DNA of 64,000 nucleotides from positions 136,163-200,162 of the forward strand of contig JBBISB010000001.1 of NCBI GenBank assembly GCA_037441475.1, written 5' to 3'. Origin of the DNA: Candidatus Iainarchaeum sp. (GTDB lineage: Archaea; Iainarchaeota; Iainarchaeia; Iainarchaeales; CSSED10-239). Every line of letters starts with the position of its first letter. The stretch's first letter is position 1. The position numbers and the translations under genes were made by a program. Shown piece by piece: positions 1 through 10,255 of the stretch. Below the pieces are notes generated by a model that did no database searches, had not been told where the DNA came from, and worked only from the letters and a program-made list of their open reading frames with translations.

Positions 1-29
1 GTTAAACAATATATTTATATATCTTACTT

Positions 30-3000
30 TTAACTACATTTTAAAGAATCTTGAGGAGAATCTATAAACTTTTGAGAGAATATCTCTGTTTGGTTATAAA
101 AGAACTCAGAGGAAGAACCATCAGAGGAGTTAACCACACATACTTTGTTCTCTCTAATCATATTAAAGACGTCAGCGATAGAGGAAACAGCAAGATTACC
201 CTCTCCTAAAGAAACACTAGAAGAATAACTAGTACCATTAGTTGAAAATCTAACATTTACGCCTTGACTAGTTCTATTTTCAAGAGAGTATGTCTGCTTT
301 TCAGGAGCATAAAAGATTGTTCTTAAATAGATCTTTCCTGTTCTATTAATCTGTGGCCAATCTATAAGGAAGGCAAAGGTTGCTCCTTCTGCGCCTGCAT
401 ATCTATCATTATAACTCATGTTATATATGCTATTACCAGAAAAGTCACAACCTGAACCTACGCCTGTCCATCTTAGAAGAGAGGTTAAAGATATAGCATT
501 ATCTGAACTATCTTTTAACCTATAGTAGACATTCAAAGGAGTGTTATTTCCTTTATCTATACTCATTAAAAGAGGTATTGGAGAGCTTGGTGTTAAAAGA
601 AGATCAATATTATTATACTGATCGTACTTAAGGCTTAATAAATTACCTCTTGTCTCTATATTTGAATTAATCTTTGAAAGATCATTTGATTTTGTAATAT
701 TTATGTTCTTTAAAGCATTTGAACCATAATCAGAGTCTGTTACAGTATAGTCATTATCAATTCTTATGGAGTCTCCTGTGTATGAAACACCATACCCTTG
801 TCTATTATACCCTGAGTTTGTTTTTCCAACAAAACCATTAAATGGCATTCTATAGAAGATACTGTCTGTTTCAGGAGAAGAGATAAACCTTAAAGTAACA
901 AAGGCATTAACATCAACATCATTTCCTTCTTTAAATTTCCAAGAAGCATTATCAAATAAGAAATCTATTCTTACTTTATATTTTCCAGGAACATTTATAT
1001 TAACATTGTTTACTTCATTTGAATATTCTTTAACAAACTTTAAATTATTTTTAAAAAGTAAAGATAAATAATCATTTGAATATACTGTAGGAGATGCCAT
1101 TATAGCATAGTTACCTGTACCTGTTCCATCTTTTTTAGATGCAAGTCCACCGTAAGCTATATCAAAGTCTTTTATAAAACTTTCATTGTATTTATCAGTT
1201 ATTAAGTATGCATCAAACTCTAAGATATTTTTAAGCTTTATAATATCTTCTTCAGGCCAACCTGAACCAACAACATTATCAGGGTACATTTGTTTATTAA
1301 GCCACATATCTAAATAACTTGTTCCATCATACCTTGCGGTTGTTGCAGGGACAAGACATTCTGATGTATTTGTATATTCATAGACAGATAAAGATAACAG
1401 AGAATTAAACACACTATGTTGTATAAAATTATTTGAAGAATTATAAACAATGTTTAAAGAAAGATTATCAGCAATTATTACTGGATTATTTTCAAAGTGA
1501 TATAGGATTGCTGTAATATCATTATCAACAATTATTATTGGAATAGTCTCTTTAATTTCAGAAACCGCTTTGAAAGATCCTAAACTTTCATCAAATATTT
1601 CTATTTTTTTAGGAGTATAGTTTGAAAGCTTTAATGATAAGGTACCGTTATCAACAACACTATTTCTGTTTTCAAGAGTAACTTTAATTATTAAAGAGTT
1701 ATTTTCAGTATTTATTCTTACTGAGTTTATACCTGATCTATTTACAGGAATCTCATTATCTAATCTTGAAGGCTCTGCAGAAACAACATACCCCCCATTT
1801 TTATTTTTGTTATCTATTTGAGAATAACTTATAGGACATTGAACTGTTTTTAAAGAAATTAATTTTTCAGCTTCATTTATTCTGTTTAAAACAACCTGTG
1901 ATAATTGTGTAGCATCACAGTATGTTTCACTACATTTAGTAGTATCTTGTAAATTCCATTTCCAATCAAGAGAGATGTTTGGAACAGCACCCTCTCCTGT
2001 CTTTCCTGATCTTCCGGTATCAGTAACACAATCTTGTAAATTAAGATCATAGTTAGGAGTTTCTTCTGGTTTTGTTAAAAAGAAACCTACTCTGTATTTT
2101 CCAAAGTCATCTGAAAATATATGGTTGTCAGAAGAACTATTTTCATTTAATGTAGGAACAATTGTATTTTCTTTAAAGAAATATTTTCTAGAATCATTAT
2201 GAACCTGAGAATATAAGGCATCATCTAAGGTGTATTTTAAAGCCTTAATACCTGCTTGCTCAGGCCATACTTCTTTATTGTTTTTACAAACAAGATAAGC
2301 ATTATGTTTTAAATTAACTTCATTTCTAGGATACCCTCCTTGACAAGAAATATTAAATTTATAAGTACCTTCTTCTTCTACAAACACATAATACATTGAA
2401 CAACCATCATACTTATCAAAGTTGTTTGTTATTGAAACAAACTCTTGATTTGAAGGGCATTTATTTATTATGTTTGTAAATGTTTTTTTCTTAATTAATT
2501 TTCCTTTAACATTTAATTCTGATTTATAGTAATTGATGTTTTTAAGACCAGTTAAGTCAACAACTGATAAACTTAAATTTTCTGAACTAAGATTATTTAA
2601 AGTAATTTCTTTATATTCTGTAGAAAAATAAGATAAATTAAAGTCAGTAGTTAAAAAATCTTGTTCAACATCATAAATATTTGTAAAAGTTGGAGCTAAT
2701 GCAGCTATAGCTAATAATGCCCCTCCTCCAATCCAACCCCATACAGGAACTACTAATAAAGCACCAACAATACCAATCTCTGCAAGTATAGATGATGCAA
2801 TTATGCCTATTGATACCCCACTTGTTGCCCATAAAAGAGGATCTGTGCCCTTACTTGAAGATAATTCATCAAAAGGAATAAAATTAATATTTCTTTGATA
2901 TGGGTTGTAGTCTTTATTAAAATTTGTAATTGTGAAATCACTTTGACTTTGGTTTAAAAAATGCCATAATGTCTTCTCTAAATTATTATTATAAAGTCTT

Positions 3001-6000
3001 GTAACTTCTGAAGTCTTATTTTCATTAATCTCAATAAAAGGATCTTCCATCCATAAACCATTTTGGTCCTTTGCATTTATTTTTAAAAGAACAAAAGAAA
3101 ATGCAAGCTCTCTTTGGAAGTTATTAACAACAGAGACTCTATTGTTTAAGATGTAAGCACCAGGTGCCTTTGTTGAATCTCTTTTTATAGTCACTGTTTT
3201 TTGAGCATCAAGTAAAGAGAAGTTTAAGATATTTCTTTCTTCATCAGTATTTAAGATTTTTAAATCTCTACAACCATCATCAAAAGCATCACAAAGATCC
3301 ATTCTAAAGGTTGCTTTTCCTACACATTTATTATTAATAGTTAAATTATTTTCTTCAATACCATTTAGAACATAAAGACCACCAGAGTTAATGGTTTTTC
3401 CTGTATTGTCAACATATCCAAAACACTCAGTTAAATCCATTAAAGAAAGATTTGCTTTTAAAATAACTTCTTTTGCTCCATTGTTTACAAAGACAAGACC
3501 TTGTTCAGTCTCTACTTGAGCATTAAGATGTATGTTTGTTTTAACTTCTGCAAACTTAGTTCCATTAGGGTTAAAGGTTAAGTCTATTTTATAAATTTCC
3601 TCAGGTCTCATTTCAGGAATAACAATTCTGTAATAGTTTTCAGATAACTGTATCTGACTTGCAGAAGCAGGCCCTATAAGCTTAAAGAAATAAACACCAA
3701 ATCTATCTCCTTGTGAAGTTATCTTAGCTTGAACATTCTTAACAGCTATTGGTGTTTTTCCTTCCTTTGAAAGACAAGTGTTAGTTATTGTTAAAGTTGT
3801 TGTTTGAGGAGAACCTGCAATTACTGTTGTCCAATCACTTACACCTTGAGTAACTATTACACAATTATCCTCTAAAATTCCACTTCCAACAGAAAGTTTA
3901 ACATTTACAGGAATATCAAACAAGTATTCATTATTGTTTAAAAGATATTTACCTGTAACTACACCTAAGATATCAACTGAAACTGGGTGGCTTCTTGCAG
4001 ACTGGGAAGGAGCAAACTTAATTACAAGTTCCTTTGAGGAGTTTGCTGGTATTATAAAACCTTCTTGAGAGGAGGTTATTTGGTTATTAAGATAATTTAC
4101 AGTTTGTTCTAAGTTTAATAAATCTGATTTATTAAAAGAAACATCATGTGTGTTAAATTGTTTTAAAGAAATATCATATGCTGTTTTATTTTCTAAAACT
4201 AAAGTATATAACTCTCCATTTAAGTTTGTCTTATGGATAGAAGCTTGAAGAGGAGAAGTTGAAGTTAATAGAGAACCTTTGCTCTTAACATCTAAAATGT
4301 TTTTAGTTATTGAAAACTCTAAAGGAGTTGCATAATATTTAGACTTAATAGCCTCTATTATAAATGTCTCTCCTGTTCTTAAAGAAGGAAGAGAAATGTT
4401 TACAACACCCTTTTCGTTTGTTGTTTTACCAGTTGAAACAGTTAAAGTATCGTTATTTACTTTTTGTAAAATATTAATATTTACACCCTCTAAAAAATTA
4501 CCTTTAGAGTCCTTTACAGTAACAGTTAAAGTGAAAGGAGTTCCAGGAACAATGTTTTGAGGCTCGTAAGAAACACTCATCTTTTCAAGTTCAGAGACAA
4601 CAAAGTTAATAGGTAAAGAATAAACTTCTTGTTGAGCAGAAATAACTCTGTTAACCAACTTAGATTGTCCAAGATTTAAAGGAATTACTTCTAAAGAATA
4701 ATCAATGTTTGAAAATGCAGAAAAGTTATCTTTTAAAAGTTCAGGAGCATTAAAAGGAATATTAAAGTTAGTTTCTCCTAAAGCTATATTACCAGATGAT
4801 ACAAACTCTCCAGATAAAGAATACTTCTTTATATTTATCATAGTTGCAGGAGTGTTATCACTCTTTAAATTTCTTGCAGAAACTCTTGCTTGAGAAAAGT
4901 TATTTGAAGAGGAGTTTGAAATTGTATATTCTAAAATATAATCTGAGTTAACCTGCATTGGAACTAATCTATTACTTCCAATATCATATCTTAAGCCCTC
5001 TAAAACATCCACATACTGACCAGAGAAACAAAAGGTGTTATTACATAAACTTGTAGCATCTACAAAGTATTGTAATTGTGAATATTGGGTATTCATAAAG
5101 TTAATAGAATTAATAGATGAAGTATAAAACAAAGATACCTTATCGTTTGTCTTAGCGTTCTTAATCCTTATAGGTATGGTTATTTCATGAACAGAGGCAG
5201 GATACCCTACTACCTGAACATTAACAAGCTTAGATTCTAAAAAGTTTCCTGAAACTGAGAATGGTTCTTTTTCATAGTAAGTAGAAACACCTAAAGAACT
5301 GCTTTGTGGCATTATAAAAACAATATCTTCAGAAACATCAACCTTTGAACCTGCTCTAAATGCAAAATTAAAGCTAGAGGAGGAAGATGGCATTATTACC
5401 TTGTACTTAAGATAGAAAACTTCATTGTTCTTTAAAGACTCAACCTTATTTTCAGAAGTATTAAAAAGACCAAAATATTCAACAGAGACTTCATCGCCCA
5501 CAAGTGCTCTTTCTAAAATAATTTCTTTAGTAACTGTTTTGTTCTTATAGATTCTAAAAAGCTCTGTAAAGTATGGAAGATAACCTGAACTTTCTATTTT
5601 AACAAAAACTCTTTTATCAGCCTTAACTTGGTTTTCTAAAAAACCATTAGCTGAGACTAAGGAAGTTCCTAAAACTTCTAAACTTTCATAGTAAAAGGTT
5701 GCTTGAGCATCTGAGATTGAATCTCCTAGTTTGTTTTTAACATTTAACTTAATTGTTCCTTTACCTATAACTATTGGTAAAGTTATGTTTGTGTCTTCTG
5801 GTGGTGCATTATGGTATACTGAAGAAATTTCTTCTAAAAAGTCATTCTTTACTTTAATAGTAAAATTAAGATCAGGAATATTTTCAAAAGTTGAAATTCC
5901 ATTTTCATCTGAAATTGAAAAACTAAATCTAGGGTCTATATACTGCCCTTGACTATCGTATATCCATGTCTTGATATTCATCATTGGTTTTAAGTCTTCA

Positions 6001-7310
6001 TCTTGTATCTTTACAACAATCTTTGAAACATTACTTATTGTTATTTTTTCTAAATTAAAAATATATGTGCTTTGTGTTTCTAAAACAGGTAAAATATTAC
6101 CTGTAATGTATCCTTCTGCTTCTGCTTTTAAAGAATAGTCTTTAGAAGTGTCTATATTAAAGATAAAGCCTTCATGTAAGTTTCTTTCTTCAATATTTTG
6201 GTTACCATCTAAAAGTAAGGTTACCTTAGGTGAAAAGGTTTCATCTAAGACTTCACCAGTAGCTTTGTCTTTTATAAAAACTGTTATTTGTTTAATATTT
6301 ATTTCTTGATTTGTATCAGGATTAATGATTGTTCCTGTGCTTGTATCAGCCATGATTATCATAGCTTCAGCTTTTTTATTTTTTATAACAATTACTTGTG
6401 TTTGGTTTTGAAGATATCTATTTTGAATATCACTTGCTTTTACAATATATTCTCCTGCTTCAACAGAATTAAAGAAACCAACACCAAAGTTAGTTTGCAC
6501 TGTTTTAATAGCAGTAACAGGATCATTAATTGAGAACAACTTTAAAGTGATTGATTCTTCAATAAATAAATCTCCTGAAAGAACAGAAACTGAGATTGAA
6601 CCAGTATCTCTTACTTCAACAAAAGGATTAATAGAAAATGTACTTTGTGTTGCTGGAATAGATATGCTTCTTTCATTATATCTATCACCAACAATTGTTG
6701 CTGATAATTTTTGACAGTTTGAAGGAACTCTAATAGCTAAAGTTCCATCTGTGGTGGATGCAGAGGAAGGCGTTATAATCTCTTGATTATCACAAACAAT
6801 TGTAATATTAAGTTCTTCTTTAATCTTTAGGTTTGTTAAAGCATCTTCAAAGTAAACTGTTTTTAAAAAATCTTTTTGAATGTTTAAAATAGGTATTATA
6901 AAGTTTAATGAAGGGGATGAAAAAGTTATTTCTTTTTCTGTATATTCATAACCTACAGAATCAATTATTAAAAGATATAGTTTCTTTCTGTCTAAGGAAA
7001 GAGTTAAAGATCCATTCTGATTTGTCCTATAACTATTTAATGTTCCTTCTGATAAGTTTCTTATCTTGAAATCAAAGTTATCTAAAACATTATTTTCAGA
7101 ATCAGCAAGCCTAATGGTTATATCAACCATATCTGCTCTTGAAGCTAATGAAGAACCTAAAATAAAGTATAGAACAACTAATATTATTAATAAAAATAAA
7201 AAAAAAGAAGTTAAAGGAAATTTCTTGTCTAAAGGTCCTGTAATTTTTTTTATTGGTATTCTGTTATCTATCTTTGTTAAAATGTTTTGCCAGGTTTCTT
7301 TAAATGACAT
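30..7310 (-). CDS. Giant membrane-anchored surface protein (2426 aa). Short cytoplasmic N-terminus, single TM signal-anchor, then an S/T/N-rich beta-sandwich-repeat ectodomain. Carries an internal ~45-aa Gly/Ala-rich hydrophobic segment.
   Basis: Uninterrupted 7.3-kb ORF with an ATG start (rc 7308-7310) and an SD-like AAGAGGG 8 nt upstream. TM helix FFLFLLIILVVLYFIL after ~35 aa. Repeated carboxypeptidase-regulatory/Ig-like segments. C-terminal modules are shared with the 964-aa paralog: WTGVGSGCDFSG..GKIYLRTIFYAP, MPFNGFVG..RQGYGVSYTGD and YCDATQLSQVVLN. Confidence 0.85.
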   Translation of the reverse strand: MSFKETWQNILTKIDNRIPIKKITGPLDKKFPLTSFFLFLLIILVVLYFILGSSLASRADMVDITIRLADSENNVLDNFDFKIRNLSEGTLNSYRTNQNGSLTLSLDRKKLYLLIIDSVGYEYTEKEITFSSPSLNFIIPILNIQKDFLKTVYFEDALTNLKIKEELNITIVCDNQEIITPSSASTTDGTLAIRVPSNCQKLSATIVGDRYNERSISIPATQSTFSINPFVEVRDTGSISVSVLSGDLFIEESITLKLFSINDPVTAIKTVQTNFGVGFFNSVEAGEYIVKASDIQNRYLQNQTQVIVIKNKKAEAMIIMADTSTGTIINPDTNQEINIKQITVFIKDKATGEVLDETFSPKVTLLLDGNQNIEERNLHEGFIFNIDTSKDYSLKAEAEGYITGNILPVLETQSTYIFNLEKITISNVSKIVVKIQDEDLKPMMNIKTWIYDSQGQYIDPRFSFSISDENGISTFENIPDLNFTIKVKNDFLEEISSVYHNAPPEDTNITLPIVIGKGTIKLNVKNKLGDSISDAQATFYYESLEVLGTSLVSANGFLENQVKADKRVFVKIESSGYLPYFTELFRIYKNKTVTKEIILERALVGDEVSVEYFGLFNTSENKVESLKNNEVFYLKYKVIMPSSSSSFNFAFRAGSKVDVSEDIVFIMPQSSSLGVSTYYEKEPFSVSGNFLESKLVNVQVVGYPASVHEITIPIRIKNAKTNDKVSLFYTSSINSINFMNTQYSQLQYFVDATSLCNNTFCFSGQYVDVLEGLRYDIGSNRLVPMQVNSDYILEYTISNSSSNNFSQARVSARNLKSDNTPATMINIKKYSLSGEFVSSGNIALGETNFNIPFNAPELLKDNFSAFSNIDYSLEVIPLNLGQSKLVNRVISAQQEVYSLPINFVVSELEKMSVSYEPQNIVPGTPFTLTVTVKDSKGNFLEGVNINILQKVNNDTLTVSTGKTTNEKGVVNISLPSLRTGETFIIEAIKSKYYATPLEFSITKNILDVKSKGSLLTSTSPLQASIHKTNLNGELYTLVLENKTAYDISLKQFNTHDVSFNKSDLLNLEQTVNYLNNQITSSQEGFIIPANSSKELVIKFAPSQSARSHPVSVDILGVVTGKYLLNNNEYLFDIPVNVKLSVGSGILEDNCVIVTQGVSDWTTVIAGSPQTTTLTITNTCLSKEGKTPIAVKNVQAKITSQGDRFGVYFFKLIGPASASQIQLSENYYRIVIPEMRPEEIYKIDLTFNPNGTKFAEVKTNIHLNAQVETEQGLVFVNNGAKEVILKANLSLMDLTECFGYVDNTGKTINSGGLYVLNGIEENNLTINNKCVGKATFRMDLCDAFDDGCRDLKILNTDEERNILNFSLLDAQKTVTIKRDSTKAPGAYILNNRVSVVNNFQRELAFSFVLLKINAKDQNGLWMEDPFIEINENKTSEVTRLYNNNLEKTLWHFLNQSQSDFTITNFNKDYNPYQRNINFIPFDELSSSKGTDPLLWATSGVSIGIIASSILAEIGIVGALLVVPVWGWIGGGALLAIAALAPTFTNIYDVEQDFLTTDFNLSYFSTEYKEITLNNLSSENLSLSVVDLTGLKNINYYKSELNVKGKLIKKKTFTNIINKCPSNQEFVSITNNFDKYDGCSMYYVFVEEEGTYKFNISCQGGYPRNEVNLKHNAYLVCKNNKEVWPEQAGIKALKYTLDDALYSQVHNDSRKYFFKENTIVPTLNENSSSDNHIFSDDFGKYRVGFFLTKPEETPNYDLNLQDCVTDTGRSGKTGEGAVPNISLDWKWNLQDTTKCSETYCDATQLSQVVLNRINEAEKLISLKTVQCPISYSQIDNKNKNGGYVVSAEPSRLDNEIPVNRSGINSVRINTENNSLIIKVTLENRNSVVDNGTLSLKLSNYTPKKIEIFDESLGSFKAVSEIKETIPIIIVDNDITAILYHFENNPVIIADNLSLNIVYNSSNNFIQHSVFNSLLSLSVYEYTNTSECLVPATTARYDGTSYLDMWLNKQMYPDNVVGSGWPEEDIIKLKNILEFDAYLITDKYNESFIKDFDIAYGGLASKKDGTGTGNYAIMASPTVYSNDYLSLLFKNNLKFVKEYSNEVNNVNINVPGKYKVRIDFLFDNASWKFKEGNDVDVNAFVTLRFISSPETDSIFYRMPFNGFVGKTNSGYNRQGYGVSYTGDSIRIDNDYTVTDSDYGSNALKNINITKSNDLSKINSNIETRGNLLSLKYDQYNNIDLLLTPSSPIPLLMSIDKGNNTPLNVYYRLKDSSDNAISLTSLLRWTGVGSGCDFSGNSIYNMSYNDRYAGAEGATFAFLIDWPQINRTGKIYLRTIFYAPEKQTYSLENRTSQGVNVRFSTNGTSYSSSVSLGEGNLAVSSIADVFNMIRENKVCVVNSSDGSSSEFFYNQTEIFSQKFIDSPQDSLKCS

Positions 7311-7327
7311 TTAATATCCCTCTTTAT

Positions 7328-10222
7328 TTAATTAACAATACATGCTCCTCTTGCATTTATCCAGCTATTTTGAGAATCTGAAGATAAATCATTACTGAAT
7401 AATGGTTCTGATACTGCAATTGGGTTGTAATATACTTTTAAGTTGTTTGCACTATAATCAATACATGCTTTCTTATCTTTTACAAGAGCAAAGATTTCTG
7501 ATACAAACTTAATATCATTTCCTAAAATATTCTTAAGTTCAACTGTCTTTGATCCATTTTTTTCTCTTGTATAGAATAATGCATCATCGTCATAAGCATC
7601 TTGGTATAATACACTTACACCATTACCGCTCTTGAAATTACTTGGTGTGTAAAAGACTGTTCTTAAATAAACATCTCCTCTTCTTGTGATGTTTCTATTT
7701 TCCCATTCAACACCGTATGAAACTCCTTGACTTGATGTTGTTGGTGCAAGTCTTGAAGATAATGCTGCAATGTCTGGTCTGTAAAGGTATACTTCTTGAA
7801 CAGAAATACCTGTAAAGTCTAAACAATTTCCAACACCTGTCCATGGAACTAAGCTTCCAGGAGTACTTGCAGGAGATCCACCTAATGCTTGTGGTGCACC
7901 TATATCAAGCTTATAGAAACTATAAGCATTGTTAGCTTGGTTTGAAACTTTTAAAACAACTGGTGTTGCTCTAGAAGGAACAAAAACTAACCTTGGATTT
8001 GTTTTTGTACTTGATAAAGAAATGTCTAAAAGCATTCCTCTTGTTGAACTGTTGTTTATAAAAGAAAAGTCAGTTGCTTCTTTTCCATATTCCTTAACAC
8101 TTATAGTATTAACTGTATTTGATTGAGTAAAAGGCTCAGTTCTTAAATATTCATTAGTTTGAAGTTGTGAGATTGTTACAATATCTCCTGTAAAGTCAAC
8201 ACCGTAACCTTGTCTTGCGTTCTCTGAATCAATACCAACAATACCATTAAATGGCATGTAGTAAAGAGGAGAATCTCTTTCAGGTGCAAGTTCTCTAGTT
8301 AAGATAACTTCAACTTTTCCAGAAACTTCTCCTGTTGTTTTATTAAATAAATTCCATTCATCATCAAATGTTACTTTTAATAAAACATTGTATCTTCCAG
8401 GTCCTTGAAGCATTAATCTACCAGGCTCTGAATCAAAGGAAGATTTAAATATTAAGTTATCTGTTGTAAAGTATTTATAGTAGCTATCCTTGTAGTAATC
8501 AGGGGCAGCTGTTATTGTGAATCTATAGTATCTATCAAAATCAGCTTTAAAGTCATTAGAATAACCATCTTTCATTAAATAAGATCTAAACTCTACTAAA
8601 GAAGTATCTATCTTGTTATTCTTTGAATAAAGGTTTATGTTTTGAGATGTTTTTTCTAAGTTACATAAATCTGAGTTTGGAGTAAATTCATTTATTAAAA
8701 TATTATCTGCTGTTGTAACCTCTAATGATTTATAAGGCTCTATTAAAGTTAAGATAGCTTGTACCTTAAACTTTGTTTCATCATCTAAGATTAAACCAAC
8801 ATTAAACTTTTCAGATCCTGAGAATTTTTTGTTTGTAAAGTCAATAACATTTATTGTTATAAGTTTAGATGTTTGTAAAACATTGTCTTTGAAAACAATT
8901 ATGTTAAGGTCACCGTATTTTGGAGTTGCTGCATTCTTATCACTTGAATTAAAGGATCCTTTTAAAGTATAATCTACTGTTACAAAGGAAGCTTCATAAT
9001 TTGAGTTTAATTGAGTTATACCTAAATTATTATTTTCTGAAATTAAGCTTTGAGTTATACCTGGTGTAGGACATGTAAATGAACCTTTGTTGTTTTGTAC
9101 AAATGTTTCTATATCTTTTAATTTATTTAAAACTTCAATTGAGAATTGTGTTGCATCACAGTAAATTGATTGTTTGTCTTTTTGACCTGTTAAGTCAGCA
9201 TCACACCAGTTCTTTCTTGAAACACTCATTCCTGAGATTGTTTCTGCGTTGTCTATACTGTATGTCCAGTCAAGAGCTATTCTTGGAAGAGCTTCTGTTC
9301 CTGTACTTCCTAAAAGAGTAGTACCATCTTCAGCTATACAGTTAACTTGATCAAGTTCAATTCCTGTAATATCGTCTCTTACATAAGAGTTAAAGATTAA
9401 TTTAAATGGTTCTAAAACAACTTCTTGTTTTTTATTTTCATCAATTTTGTTTAGAAGTTTTTTATTTGAACCGTCTAAGTATTTTGAAATTTTAATTTGA
9501 CTTGCACCTGTAAAGAAAGGTATCAACATTGAATAGCCACCCCAGATATCTTCAAAATCAAGTTCATAATCTACTTTTCCTGTATATGTTGACTTAGGAT
9601 ATCTTATTACAAAGTTTCTATATTCATATGCATTTTCAATAGTTTTGTTTGTATCTTCAAATAATATTTCTCTTTTTTGTATGTCTTTAGGTTGATTGTT
9701 TGAATCTAAAAGAGTTACTAGTTTTGTTTTTTCTGCAAGTCTGAAAAGAGGTGAGTTTTTACCATCATCTATTTCAGATAGATTTTTGGTGTTTATAAAT
9801 CTTGCATCTAAGATGTTTTCATCTGTTAAAAGCATGTTATTTTTAACTATTTTTTGATCTATTCTATTATCTAAAAGGTAATTATCATATGGCTCAAAAT
9901 AATCTATTTTATCAGTAGATATATTTACTTTGTCTCTGTCTAAGGCAAAATCAATCTCTACTTTTGAAAGTTGAGAAAAGGTATTAATAGCTGAAAAAGC
10001 ACCTGCTAGGACACCGTGCACAATTGGGTTTAGACCAAAGACTTTGTTTAAAAGTGTTTCAGCACCAGAAAACAATTGTTCAATAAGTACATTTCCTGCT
10101 TGGCTTTTGGCTTCACTAGCTAATTTATTAGCAGAGACAGGCATGCTTACAAATGAAAGCATAAGTGCCATTATTAAAAAAATTCCTAAAAATTTTATTT
10201 TATTATTTTTTATTTTTTCCAT
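7328..10222 (-). CDS. Large secreted protein (964 aa) with a Sec-type signal peptide. Paralogous to the C-terminal part of the 2426-aa giant.
   Basis: N-terminus MEKIKNNKIKFLGIFLIMALMLSFVSMPVSA|NK is a classic n/h/c signal peptide. Shares the YCDATQFS..VLN, MPFNGIVG..ARQGYGVDFTGD and WTGVGNCLDFTG..GDVYLRTVFYTP modules with CDS 30..7310. The 17-nt gap to the next gene suggests translational coupling. Confidence 0.85.
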   Translation of the reverse strand: MEKIKNNKIKFLGIFLIMALMLSFVSMPVSANKLASEAKSQAGNVLIEQLFSGAETLLNKVFGLNPIVHGVLAGAFSAINTFSQLSKVEIDFALDRDKVNISTDKIDYFEPYDNYLLDNRIDQKIVKNNMLLTDENILDARFINTKNLSEIDDGKNSPLFRLAEKTKLVTLLDSNNQPKDIQKREILFEDTNKTIENAYEYRNFVIRYPKSTYTGKVDYELDFEDIWGGYSMLIPFFTGASQIKISKYLDGSNKKLLNKIDENKKQEVVLEPFKLIFNSYVRDDITGIELDQVNCIAEDGTTLLGSTGTEALPRIALDWTYSIDNAETISGMSVSRKNWCDADLTGQKDKQSIYCDATQFSIEVLNKLKDIETFVQNNKGSFTCPTPGITQSLISENNNLGITQLNSNYEASFVTVDYTLKGSFNSSDKNAATPKYGDLNIIVFKDNVLQTSKLITINVIDFTNKKFSGSEKFNVGLILDDETKFKVQAILTLIEPYKSLEVTTADNILINEFTPNSDLCNLEKTSQNINLYSKNNKIDTSLVEFRSYLMKDGYSNDFKADFDRYYRFTITAAPDYYKDSYYKYFTTDNLIFKSSFDSEPGRLMLQGPGRYNVLLKVTFDDEWNLFNKTTGEVSGKVEVILTRELAPERDSPLYYMPFNGIVGIDSENARQGYGVDFTGDIVTISQLQTNEYLRTEPFTQSNTVNTISVKEYGKEATDFSFINNSSTRGMLLDISLSSTKTNPRLVFVPSRATPVVLKVSNQANNAYSFYKLDIGAPQALGGSPASTPGSLVPWTGVGNCLDFTGISVQEVYLYRPDIAALSSRLAPTTSSQGVSYGVEWENRNITRRGDVYLRTVFYTPSNFKSGNGVSVLYQDAYDDDALFYTREKNGSKTVELKNILGNDIKFVSEIFALVKDKKACIDYSANNLKVYYNPIAVSEPLFSNDLSSDSQNSWINARGACIVN

Positions 10223-10255
10223 ATTTTTTTACACCTTTTTTTAAAAATATAAAAA

